This document shows, one piece after another, positions 9,219 to 18,570 of a stretch of DNA of 62,446 nucleotides; the stretch's first letter is position 1; every line of letters starts with the position of its first letter. This DNA is from Bacteroidales bacterium (GTDB lineage Bacteria; Bacteroidota; Bacteroidia; Bacteroidales; Bacteroidaceae): positions 1-62,446 of the forward strand of contig JALFUO010000047.1 in assembly GCA_022784065.1 (NCBI GenBank). Direction: 5' to 3'. The notes below the pieces were generated by a model that saw only the letters and a list, made by a program, of their open reading frames with translations, ran no database searches and was not told the origin of the DNA. The translations under genes and the position numbers were made by a program.

Positions 9219-11042
9219 ATGCGCAACGCCGACGTACAGGAATATCTTAAGCAAATCGTTTTAAGTTTGCCAGATGCACCGGGGTGCTACCAGTATCTCG
9301 ATGCCTCGGGCATCGTCATATATGTCGGCAAGGCAAAGAACCTGAAAAGGCGCGTCAGCTCGTATTTCAATAAGGAACAGATTTCGGCTAAGACACGCAT
9401 GCTTGTTTCTAAGATTAGAGACATTAAATATGTAGTGGTAAAAACCGAAGAAGACGCGCTTTTGCTCGAAAACAACCTAATCAAACGCTACAAACCCCGT
9501 TACAACGTACTGCTCAAGGACGACAAGACCTACCCTTCCATTGCGGTTACTAACGAATACCTGCCTCGCATTTTCAAGACAAGGCGGCGCACGCGCGGCG
9601 CTACCTATTTCGGTCCTTACAGCCATGTGCCTACAATGTACGCCTTGCTCGACCTGTGCCGGGAGCTCTATCAGCCGCGTCCCTGCAAGACTATCATGAC
9701 GCAGGAAGGCGTAGAAAGCGGCAAATATGAGGTATGCCTGGACTACCACATACATCGTTGCAAGGCTCCGTGTATTGGCAGACAGACGCACGATGAGTAC
9801 TTGCGCAACATCGCCGCCTGTTGCGACATTCTTAAAGGCAATACGGCAAAAGTGGCGCAAGCCATGAAGGAAGAGATGCAAAGCCTCGCCGCCGAACTGC
9901 GGTTTGAGGAAGCACAGGCCGTTAAAGAGAAATACGAACTTATAGAAAACTTTCGCGCTCGCAGCGAGGTGGTCCCGGGACTGCGCCAGGACTTGGACGT
10001 GTTCAATATCATAAGCGAAGAGAACGTGGCTTTCATCAATTTCTTGCACGTCACGGAAGGCTGTATCAATCAGGCTTTTACCTTTGAATATAAGAAGAAA
10101 TTGGACGAAAGCGACGAGGAATTGCTCCGCCTGGGCATCATAGAAATGCGCGGCAGGGGCTTGGGCGGCGCAAAGGAAATCGTGCTTCCATTCCCCGTTG
10201 CTTTACCCGAGGATTATGCTTCGGTCACTGTACCGCTTAAAGGAGAAAAGAAAAAACTACTGGACCTCTCTGCCCTCAACGTGAAACAGTACAAATTTGA
10301 CCGCTTGAAACAGGCCGAGAAACTGGATCCGAGCCAAAAGAATATGCGCCTAATGAAAGAGATCCAGCAGCAACTGGCACTCCCAACCCCACCCCTGCGC
10401 ATTGAACTCTTTGATAATTCTAATATTCAGGGCGAAGACGCCGTGGCTGCCTGTGTGGTTTTTGAAAGACTCAAACCCTGCAAAAAGGATTACAGGAAAT
10501 ATATCATCAAAACCGTGCAAGGCCCTGATGATTACGCCTCTATGGCTGAGGTTGTATATAGGCGTTACAAGCGGCTTAAAGAGGAAAACGGCACACTGCC
10601 CAACCTGATTATCGCCGACGGCGGAAAGGGACAAATGGAAATCATCAGAAAGGTGGTGGAAGACGAATTAGGGCTGAATATCCCCATTGCCGGACTTGCC
10701 AAAAACGACCGCCACAAAACCAGAGAGCTATTATATGGTTTTCCGCCGCAATCAATCGGGTTAAAACCTGAAAGCCAATTATTTAGAACGCTTAGTGCCA
10801 TGCAGGAAGAGGTGCATCGCTTCGCCATATCGTTTCATAGGGAAAAGCGTTCGGCACGGCAAACGGCATCTGAACTCGACAATATCCCGGGCATCGGACC
10901 GAAGTTGCGCACGGCGCTTTTGCAAAAGTTCAAGAGCGTAAAACGCATAAAGGAAGCCCCCTTGGCGGACCTGCAAAGCGTTGTGGGCAGGGCGCGCGGA
11001 CAAAAGATTTTCGACGCGCTGCACGCTACGCAATCCGAATAA
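9219..11042 (+). CDS. uvrC: Excinuclease ABC subunit C
   Basis: GIY-YIG (YVGKAKNLKRRVSSYF), FDNSNIQG, DGGKGQ, C-terminal HhH. Confidence 0.98.
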   Translation: MRNADVQEYLKQIVLSLPDAPGCYQYLDASGIVIYVGKAKNLKRRVSSYFNKEQISAKTRMLVSKIRDIKYVVVKTEEDALLLENNLIKRYKPRYNVLLKDDKTYPSIAVTNEYLPRIFKTRRRTRGATYFGPYSHVPTMYALLDLCRELYQPRPCKTIMTQEGVESGKYEVCLDYHIHRCKAPCIGRQTHDEYLRNIAACCDILKGNTAKVAQAMKEEMQSLAAELRFEEAQAVKEKYELIENFRARSEVVPGLRQDLDVFNIISEENVAFINFLHVTEGCINQAFTFEYKKKLDESDEELLRLGIIEMRGRGLGGAKEIVLPFPVALPEDYASVTVPLKGEKKKLLDLSALNVKQYKFDRLKQAEKLDPSQKNMRLMKEIQQQLALPTPPLRIELFDNSNIQGEDAVAACVVFERLKPCKKDYRKYIIKTVQGPDDYASMAEVVYRRYKRLKEENGTLPNLIIADGGKGQMEIIRKVVEDELGLNIPIAGLAKNDRHKTRELLYGFPPQSIGLKPESQLFRTLSAMQEEVHRFAISFHREKRSARQTASELDNIPGIGPKLRTALLQKFKSVKRIKEAPLADLQSVVGRARGQKIFDALHATQSE

Positions 11043-11109
11043 CGGCTGAAAAGGCCGCAATCTCATATATTTTGTGTAAGTTTGCGCAGACAAACGATTA
11101 TTATATGCT

Positions 11110-11562
11110 ATGAAAGTAGTCATTCAGCGGGTGAAAAGCGCTTCGGTGACCATCGACAGAAAGGTCTTCTCCGAGATACGCGGCGGTTTGCTGGTGCTAT
11201 TGGGCGTTTCGCCCGATGACACAGAAGTCGACGCTGACAAACTGGCCGCGAAAACGGCTGCGCTGCGCATTTTCGACGACGAAAACGGCGTGATGAACCG
11301 CTCCGTAACTGACATTGGCGGAGACCTGTTAGTGGTCAGCCAATTCACGCTGATGGCATCTTGGAAAAAAGGAAACCGGCCAAGTTATATCGGCGCGGCC
11401 AAGCACGAGATCGCCATTCCTCTTTACGAATATTTTTGTAAAAAGTTGGGAGAAGCAACGGGCAAGCCTGTAAAAACGGGCGTCTTCGGCGCAGACATGA
11501 AAGTATCGCTGATAAACGACGGGCCCGTAACGATAATCATGGACACCAAGCACCCTGAATAA
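11110..11562 (+). CDS. dtd: D-aminoacyl-tRNA deacylase
   Basis: VIQRV, SQFTL, NDGPVT. Confidence 0.97.
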   Translation: MKVVIQRVKSASVTIDRKVFSEIRGGLLVLLGVSPDDTEVDADKLAAKTAALRIFDDENGVMNRSVTDIGGDLLVVSQFTLMASWKKGNRPSYIGAAKHEIAIPLYEYFCKKLGEATGKPVKTGVFGADMKVSLINDGPVTIIMDTKHPE

Positions 11563-11592
11563 CCTTTCCCCTACCCCATCATTATTATTACT

Positions 11593-11919
11593 ATGACGAT
11601 ACAGGAAGCACAGAAGACCGTGGACAATTGGATAAAGACCTACGGCGTGCGCTACTTCAGCGAACTTACTAATATGGCGTGCCTCACCGAGGAAGTCGGG
11701 GAACTGGCACGTGTAATGGCTCGAAAATACGGCGACCAGTCTTTTAAGGCCGGCGAAAACCAAGACCCGGCTGAGGAAATGGCGGACGTGCTATGGGTAC
11801 TGCTTTGCCTGGCCAACCAAACGGGCGTTAATCTCGAAGAAGCCCTGCAAAAAAGCATTGAAAAGAAAACGAAACGCGATGCCACACGGCATATAAACAA
11901 CGAGAAATTAAAATCTTAA
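11593..11919 (+). CDS. MazG-like nucleotide pyrophosphohydrolase (YpjD-like)
   Basis: LTEEVGELAR, EEMADVLWVL. Confidence 0.9.
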   Translation: MTIQEAQKTVDNWIKTYGVRYFSELTNMACLTEEVGELARVMARKYGDQSFKAGENQDPAEEMADVLWVLLCLANQTGVNLEEALQKSIEKKTKRDATRHINNEKLKS

Positions 11920-11937
11920 CCAAATAAACCAAACAAG

Positions 11938-12870
11938 ATGAGCGAACATTGCCATTGCGGTTGCCACCACGAAGAACCGCACCACGAATTGAACAAATAC
12001 GAACAGGCTTTTGCCAAGTTTGATGCGCCGATGAGCGATGAACAGGTACACGCTGCCGTAACAAAACTCTTTGAAGAACGAAAGGCTGAATACAACACGC
12101 CTGAAACATTGCGCCAACTTTTTGCTGCCGTCGAACTGACCACGCTGACGGTTACGGACTCGCAGGAAAGCGTGCTGCGCCTCGTTGAAAAGGTAAACAA
12201 TTTTGCCGACGCGCACCCCGAACTGCCTGCGTTTGCCACCATTTGCGTTTATCCCAATTTCGCAAAAATAGTAGCAGATTCATTAGAAGTGGAGGCCACA
12301 CAGATAGCCTGCGTGAGCGGCGGTTTCCCCTCCTCGCAAACCTTTATTGAAGTCAAGACTGCCGAAACGGCATTGGCCGTGCACGATGGCGCAACGGAGA
12401 TAGACATGGTGCTCAGCGTAGGCACGTTCCTCTCTGGCGATTATGAGACTTGCAGCGATGAAATCGAGGAAATAAAGGCCGCCTGTGCCGGGCATCCGCT
12501 CAAAGTAATCCTTGAAACCGGTGCGTTGCAAACGGCCGAGAATATCCATAAAGCCTCCGTTCTGTCAATGTTTGCAGGGGCTGACTTCATCAAAACTTCT
12601 ACTGGAAAGATTGAGCCGGCAGCAACGCCCGAAGCCGCACTCGTGATGTGCAAGGCTATTCGTGACTATTACAAACTGACGGGTACGAAGGTGGGCTTTA
12701 AGGCCGCCGGCGGCATTAAGACCATCGACGATGCGCTTGGCTATTACACGATTGTGCGCGAAGTGCTGGGCGAAGAATGGATTAAAGAAGGACTGTTCCG
12801 CATCGGCACAAGCCGCCTTGCCAATCTCTTGGCAGCAGAACTGACCGGCGAACAAGGAAAACCTTTCTAA
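11938..12870 (+). CDS. deoC: Deoxyribose-phosphate aldolase
   Basis: GATEIDMV, LKVILETG, DFIKTSTG, GFKAAGGI, RIGTS. Confidence 0.95.
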   Translation: MSEHCHCGCHHEEPHHELNKYEQAFAKFDAPMSDEQVHAAVTKLFEERKAEYNTPETLRQLFAAVELTTLTVTDSQESVLRLVEKVNNFADAHPELPAFATICVYPNFAKIVADSLEVEATQIACVSGGFPSSQTFIEVKTAETALAVHDGATEIDMVLSVGTFLSGDYETCSDEIEEIKAACAGHPLKVILETGALQTAENIHKASVLSMFAGADFIKTSTGKIEPAATPEAALVMCKAIRDYYKLTGTKVGFKAAGGIKTIDDALGYYTIVREVLGEEWIKEGLFRIGTSRLANLLAAELTGEQGKPF

Positions 12871-12884
12871 ACCGATATTTACAA

Positions 12885-12924
12885 AATAAAGGGCTTGCAA
12901 TCAAAGCGTTGCAAGCCCTTTATT
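12885..12924. terminator. Bidirectional terminator
   Basis: AATAAAGGGCTTGCAA-N8-TTGCAAGCCCTTTATT between convergent genes. Confidence 0.85.
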
Positions 12925-12940
12925 ATTATGAAGAAGCGTT

Positions 12941-13915
12941 TTATTTCTGTCGGTCTATCACGAAGTCTATATATTGTTCCAAAGATTTGCGGACTGCTTC
13001 GTTCTTGAAAGAAGCAATGGCTGCGTAAGCCTGTGAGCGCAATTCCTGCATCTTTCTTTCAGCATATTCTATGCCTCCATTCTGCTTGGCAAAAGCAATA
13101 AGTGTTTCGATTTCCGCACGGTCTGCCTCACCTTTCTTTACTTTATCGGCCAAAGCAAGCATCACGGCATCATTCGTAGAATTAAGCGCATAGATAACAG
13201 GCAGCGTCAATTTGCCTTCCGCCATATCGCGCCCTGTGGGCTTGCCTATCTCGGAATTGCTGTAATAATCGAAGATATCATCGCGTATCTGGAAGCAAAT
13301 ACCCACGATTTCACCGAAGCGGCGCGCCTTTTCTATAAAGTCTTCGCCGGCATCTGCCGACAAGGCTCCGAGTTCGGCGCACGCTGCAAAAAGCGCGGCG
13401 GTTTTATGGTCAATGATACGGAAATATGCCTCCTCGGAAATCTGTTCGGAGCGGATATTTGCGATTTGGAAAATCTCGCCTTCTGAAAGCGTGCCGCCCA
13501 AACAGGAAATAATGTCTACTATGCGCAGGCTGCCGGTAAAGGCAGCTTCTTGCAGTGACTTGGAGAGGAGATAGTCGCCCACAAGCACCGAAATTTGGTT
13601 GCCGTAGACTGCATTCACGGAAGCCTGTCCCCTGCGCTCGTTGCTCTCATCTACCACATCGTCATGCACGAGGCTGGCCGTATGCAGCAGTTCGAGCGTC
13701 ACGGCAGAATGGAGCGCCTTCTCTCCTATCGCGCCACACTCGCGGGCAATCAGCAGAACGAGCAGCGGGCGCATCATCTTGCCTTTGCGACTACGCACAT
13801 ACTGCAAAGCCCGACCGAGGAAGTCGTCCTCATGGTCAAGCACAGTGTCGAAAAGACGCTCATAACGCGCCAAATCTTCCGCTACGGGCTTACGAATTTG
13901 TGAGAGAATATCCAT
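12941..13915 (-). CDS. Polyprenyl diphosphate synthase (IspB-like)
   Basis: GKMMRP, LVHDDVVD..RRG, FQIRDDIFD. Confidence 0.93.
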   Translation of the reverse strand: MDILSQIRKPVAEDLARYERLFDTVLDHEDDFLGRALQYVRSRKGKMMRPLLVLLIARECGAIGEKALHSAVTLELLHTASLVHDDVVDESNERRGQASVNAVYGNQISVLVGDYLLSKSLQEAAFTGSLRIVDIISCLGGTLSEGEIFQIANIRSEQISEEAYFRIIDHKTAALFAACAELGALSADAGEDFIEKARRFGEIVGICFQIRDDIFDYYSNSEIGKPTGRDMAEGKLTLPVIYALNSTNDAVMLALADKVKKGEADRAEIETLIAFAKQNGGIEYAERKMQELRSQAYAAIASFKNEAVRKSLEQYIDFVIDRQK

Positions 13916-14003
13916 AAATGCGCTTAAAAGTCTACAAAAGTAATAATTTATCGCGATTTACTGATTTATTTGCGTACTTTTACCCTGAAAAACCGAATTT
14001 AAT

Positions 14004-16772
14004 ATGGAAAAACTTTACCTTTTGGACGGTTACGCGCTTATTTTCCGCGCTTACTATGCCCTGATCCGCTCGCCGCGCATCAATTCTAAGGGTGAAAATA
14101 CGTCGGCTATCTTTGGCTTTGTCAATACCTTGGAGGACGTGCTGCGCAATGCCCGCCCCGACTATCTCGCCGTGGCGTTCGACCCTGCGGGCGGCACTTT
14201 CCGCCACGAGGCTTACCCTGAATATAAAGCGCAGCGCGATGCTACGCCGGAGGACATCAAACGCTCTGTGCCGATTATCAAGGAAATTCTCCAAGCATAC
14301 AATATTCCTATCCTCGAAGTGCCTGGCTTTGAAGCCGACGACGTAATCGGGACATTGGCAAAAAAGGCAGAATCCATCGGACTTTCTGTGCAAATGGTTA
14401 CGCCCGATAAGGACTATGCGCAGTTGGTCAGCCCCAATATTACTATGTGCCGCCCGGGACACGGGGCAAATGGCATGGAACTCCTCGGCCCGGCGGAGGT
14501 CTGCGAGAAGTACGGGGTGGGCGCACCTGAAAACGTCATCGACTATCTTAGCCTTACGGGCGATGCCGCCGACAATATTCCGGGCTGCCCGGGCGTGGGC
14601 GAAAAAACGGCGAAAACGCTTTTGGCAGATTTCGGCAACGTGGAAACGCTCATCGAAAACGCCGGCCAACTGAAAGGGGCCTTGAAAAAGAAAATTGAGG
14701 AGAATGTTGAGAAAATCCGTTTCTCGAAATTTTTGGTGACCATCAGGACAGACGTTCCCATCGACTTCGACGCGGAGCGCTTCAAGGTGAAAGAAGCCGA
14801 CAAGGAGGCTTTGCAAAAAATTTACGAGCAACTCGAATTTCGCTCGTTCATCAAAAAAATGCAAGATGCGGATAAAGTGTTAAAAAGCACGCCGCAGCAG
14901 CGCTCTCTCTTTGACGTATTTCCGACCGAAGTACAGGAAGAAGAAATTCACGCAAATCTCAGAGGGTTTGTGGCGGGTTCTGTGAATTATCAACTAATTG
15001 ATAATGTAGAAGATATACGCAAATATTGCGACAAAATTTTGACAAGCGATTTTGTTGCTTTTGACACAGAAACGACTTCTTTGGACGTTTTAGACGCCGA
15101 AATCGTAGGAATGAGCTTTGCAACGGCCGAAGGAGAGGCTGCCTACGTGCCCGTTCCCGCTAATCGGGAGGAAGCGCAGAAAATCATCGATGCGTTCCGT
15201 CCGTTCTTCCTTTCTGAAAAAATTATGAAGGTGGGACAGAACATCAAGTTCGACCTTAACGTGCTTGCCAACTACGGCATCGAAATTTCCGCCCCCTTGT
15301 TCGACACGATGCTCGCGCACTATATCCTTCAGCCCGAGCAACGGCACAATATGGACTACCTCGCGGAAATCTATCTCGGCTACCGAACTATTCACATCGA
15401 GGAACTCATCGGAGAGAAAAAGGGAGGCGGACAGAAGAACATGCGCGACCTCTCCCCCACCCTTATCCGCGACTATGCCTGCGAGGACGCCGACATCACG
15501 CTGCGGCTGATGCGTCCGCTCCGCGAGGAACTTGAAAAGAACAATCAGTTAGATGTGTTCCAAAATATCGAAATGCCACTGATGCCCGTTCTCGCGGAAA
15601 TGGAACGCAACGGCGTGCGCATCGACACGGCCGCTCTCGAAGAAACCGGCAACGCCTTCCGCACGGAAATGGAACAACTTGAAAAAGACATCTATGAAAT
15701 GGCGGGGCACGAGTTCCTCCTCACGTCTCCCCGGCAAGTAGGCGAAGTGCTCTTCGGAGAAATGGGACTGAACGAAAAGGCTCGCAAAACTAAAAGCGGA
15801 CAATATTCTACTTCGGAGGAAGAACTTGAAAAGATACGCCACAAGCATCCTATCGTAGACAAGATTTTGCAGCACCGGGGACTAAAAAAACTGCTTTCCA
15901 CCTACATAGAAGCCCTGCCAAAGTTGATCAACAAGCGCACGGGGCACATACACACGTCTTTCAATCAGGCAGTTACAGCCACAGGGCGGCTTTCCTCGTC
16001 GAACCCCAACCTGCAAAATATTCCCGTGCGCGGTGAGAACGGCCGCGAAATCCGCAAAGCCTTTATCCCCGAGGAAGGACAGATTTTCTTCTCTGCCGAC
16101 TACTCGCAAATCGAACTGCGCCTCATGGCACACCTTAGCGGCGATGCGCATCTTATCGAGGCTTTCAACAATGGCGAAGACATTCACGCCGCCACCGCCG
16201 CCCGCATCTTTAAGAAGCCGCTCGAAGAAGTGTCGCGCGACGAACGCCGCAAGGCCAAGACGGCTAATTTCGGCATCATCTACGGCATCTCTGCTTTCGG
16301 CCTTGCCGAGCGTATGGAAGTAAGCAGAACGGAGGCAAAAGAATTGATTGACAATTATTTCCAAACCTATCCCGGCGTACGGGAATATATTGACAACAGC
16401 GTCAGCCGCGCCAAAGAACTGGGTTATATCGAAACGCTTTGCGGTCGCCGCCGCTACCTGCCCGACATCAACTCGCGCAATGCCGTTGTGCGCGGCTATG
16501 CAGAGCGCAACGCCGTGAACGCTCCCATTCAAGGCACTGCTGCAGACATTATCAAGATTGCCATGATACGCGTCGCCGCGCGTTTCAAGGCGGAAGGCAT
16601 TCGCTCGAAAATGATTTTGCAGGTACACGACGAACTCAATTTCAGCGTCCTCCCTGAAGAACTCGACCGCGTGCGCAGAATCGTTACCCATGAAATGAAC
16701 CACGCTTTCACCCTTTCCGTACCCTTGGAAGCCGACTGCGGAGAAGGAAGCAACTGGCTCGAAGCACATTGA
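14004..16772 (+). CDS. polA: DNA polymerase I
   Basis: 5'-3' exo (LLDGYAL, EADD), 3'-5' exo (FDTETT), ADYSQIELR, QVHDEL. Confidence 0.99.
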   Translation: MEKLYLLDGYALIFRAYYALIRSPRINSKGENTSAIFGFVNTLEDVLRNARPDYLAVAFDPAGGTFRHEAYPEYKAQRDATPEDIKRSVPIIKEILQAYNIPILEVPGFEADDVIGTLAKKAESIGLSVQMVTPDKDYAQLVSPNITMCRPGHGANGMELLGPAEVCEKYGVGAPENVIDYLSLTGDAADNIPGCPGVGEKTAKTLLADFGNVETLIENAGQLKGALKKKIEENVEKIRFSKFLVTIRTDVPIDFDAERFKVKEADKEALQKIYEQLEFRSFIKKMQDADKVLKSTPQQRSLFDVFPTEVQEEEIHANLRGFVAGSVNYQLIDNVEDIRKYCDKILTSDFVAFDTETTSLDVLDAEIVGMSFATAEGEAAYVPVPANREEAQKIIDAFRPFFLSEKIMKVGQNIKFDLNVLANYGIEISAPLFDTMLAHYILQPEQRHNMDYLAEIYLGYRTIHIEELIGEKKGGGQKNMRDLSPTLIRDYACEDADITLRLMRPLREELEKNNQLDVFQNIEMPLMPVLAEMERNGVRIDTAALEETGNAFRTEMEQLEKDIYEMAGHEFLLTSPRQVGEVLFGEMGLNEKARKTKSGQYSTSEEELEKIRHKHPIVDKILQHRGLKKLLSTYIEALPKLINKRTGHIHTSFNQAVTATGRLSSSNPNLQNIPVRGENGREIRKAFIPEEGQIFFSADYSQIELRLMAHLSGDAHLIEAFNNGEDIHAATAARIFKKPLEEVSRDERRKAKTANFGIIYGISAFGLAERMEVSRTEAKELIDNYFQTYPGVREYIDNSVSRAKELGYIETLCGRRRYLPDINSRNAVVRGYAERNAVNAPIQGTAADIIKIAMIRVAARFKAEGIRSKMILQVHDELNFSVLPEELDRVRRIVTHEMNHAFTLSVPLEADCGEGSNWLEAH

Positions 16773-16801
16773 TAATCAAAAGGATAAAGATGATATTACG
16801 C

Positions 16802-16833
16802 AAACGAGGCGTGCCGCGCGGCACGCCTCGTTT
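16802..16833. terminator. Bidirectional terminator
   Basis: AAACGAGGCGTGCCG-CG-CGGCACGCCTCGTTT between convergent polA and flavodiiron gene. Confidence 0.85.
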
Positions 16834-16860
16834 TATTTTCATTTATATTCGGCATTCCCC

Positions 16861-18033
16861 CTACCCTGCCAGTTGCTTACCCAAAGCGCGTGCTTTTTCG
16901 AGGGTGTCCTCCCCTACTCCCTGTTTCCATTCCACGGGGTCACCGACGAGCGTCATACCGATTTGCTCATTGGCAGACATTATCTTTTTCACGCTCTGCG
17001 CCGCCCAGGTAAAGCCGCCGAAGCAGCCCATGCGGCGGTTCTTTACTACGCGTGCCGAAAGGCGGCGCAGCAAGTCGTCCATCTTTGGGAACACATCGCC
17101 GTTGTAGGTCGGTGCGCCAAGCGCCAAGGTGTCGTAGCGGTAGATGTCGGCAAGAATATCCGAGAGCGGACTGAGACTTACGTCGTGCATAATAATCTTC
17201 TTCATTCCGGCAGCAGCCGCGCCCTCTGCCACGGCTTCCGCCACGCGGCGCGTGTGTCCGTACATCGAACCGTAGCAAATCACCAATCCGTGCTCCGCCT
17301 CGCCGGCTGCCATGCGGCGGTAAACGCCCACCGCCTTATCAGCCTGTTCCGTCCACACGGGGCCGTGTGTTGAACAAATAATATCTATGGGCAAACCAGA
17401 AAGTTTCTTCAAAGCCTGCTCCACAGGCGCGGCATACTTGCCAAGGATTGTGGCGTAATAGCGTTCCATTTCATCGAAATAGAGCGCGGTGTCCATATCC
17501 TTGTCCATCACTGCGCCGTTAAGCGCACCGTAGCAACCGAACACGTCGCCCGAAAAGAGAATGCGCTCCGTAGACTCGTAGGTTACCATCGTTTCGGGCC
17601 AATGCACCATCGGCACGATGCGGAAATTCAGGCAGTGCGTGCCGAGTTGCAACTCGTCGCCGTCGGCAACGATAAGGTCGTCCTCGCGCCACACGCCGTA
17701 GAACCCCGTAATCATCTCTGCCGTCTTTTTGTTGCCCACGAGTTTTGCTTCAGGGAAATGCGTGCGCAGCAGGGCGAGTGCGCCGGAGTGGTCCGGCTCA
17801 ACGTGATTGATGATTACATAATCGGGCTGCCGCTCGCCAAGCACGCCTCTGATTTTCTCTATATATTCGGGCATAAAGGCGGCATCAACGGTGTCGATAA
17901 GCGCAACCTTTTCGTCTACAACAAGATATGAATTATAAGAAACTCCGTAAGGCAGCGGCCATAAGTTCTCAAAAAGATGTTTCGTGCGGTCGTTTACACC
18001 TACGTAAACCACTTTTTCTGTAATTTTCATCAT
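16861..18033 (-). CDS. fprA: Flavodiiron protein (FprA family A-type flavoprotein)
   Basis: SYNSYL, NHVEPDHSG, HWPETM, FSGDVFG, flavodoxin YGSMYGHT. Confidence 0.9.
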   Translation of the reverse strand: MMKITEKVVYVGVNDRTKHLFENLWPLPYGVSYNSYLVVDEKVALIDTVDAAFMPEYIEKIRGVLGERQPDYVIINHVEPDHSGALALLRTHFPEAKLVGNKKTAEMITGFYGVWREDDLIVADGDELQLGTHCLNFRIVPMVHWPETMVTYESTERILFSGDVFGCYGALNGAVMDKDMDTALYFDEMERYYATILGKYAAPVEQALKKLSGLPIDIICSTHGPVWTEQADKAVGVYRRMAAGEAEHGLVICYGSMYGHTRRVAEAVAEGAAAAGMKKIIMHDVSLSPLSDILADIYRYDTLALGAPTYNGDVFPKMDDLLRRLSARVVKNRRMGCFGGFTWAAQSVKKIMSANEQIGMTLVGDPVEWKQGVGEDTLEKARALGKQLAG

Positions 18034-18219
18034 AACGCTTTTATCTTTTTACCTTATCATACTGCAAAGTTAGTTATTACTATCAAACGGGTAAAAGCAA
18101 ATAGCAACAACTTAGTATTATTTGCCCACGAATTTCTGCGAATTTCTGCCTCAAAAAGGCATTTGCTTACGGCAAAAGCGTATTTCCTTATAAGAAATTG
18201 CTAACTTTGCGCTTCGGAA

Positions 18220-18497
18220 ACGGTTCATTTATAAGATTAATAGGGAAACGGGTGCAAATCCCGTGCAGTCCCGCTGCCGTGAGTCCCGTTATTTCGCCGG
18301 TCTATTCTTTTTATTAGTAAACAAGTAGACAAGTTTGTAAGTAAACAAGACAAGTCACTGTTATACAATTCTGTCTCGTTTACTTGTCTACTCTTTTTAC
18401 TCGTTTACTAAAAATTAAAAGATCACGCCACTGTTTGGATCAAGCAAGCCAAACGGGAAGGCAAGGCCGATGCGGGGACGAGCCGGAAGACCTGCCG
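18220..18497 (+). ncRNA. Cobalamin riboswitch containing an inserted ~96-bp repeat
   Basis: AGGGAAACGGGTGCAAATCCCGTGCAGTCCCGCTGCCGTGA, GCCACTG (18427), GGGAAGGC (18455), GAGCCGGAAGACCTGCC; TAACTTTG at 18202-18209; upstream of TBDR. Confidence 0.92.
18315..18410. repeat. 8-bp-period inverted-repeat element (GTAAACAA/GTAGACAA family), copy in riboswitch
   Basis: TAGTAAACAAGTAGACAAG...CTCGTTTACTTGTCTAC...CTCGTTTACTA; near-identical to 38105-38204. Confidence 0.9.
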
Positions 18498-18570
18498 CCA
18501 TTCCATCAAATTCTCAATTATTTACACCTCTATCCCTTCGAGGAAAGGGTAGGGGACAACTCTTACAACT

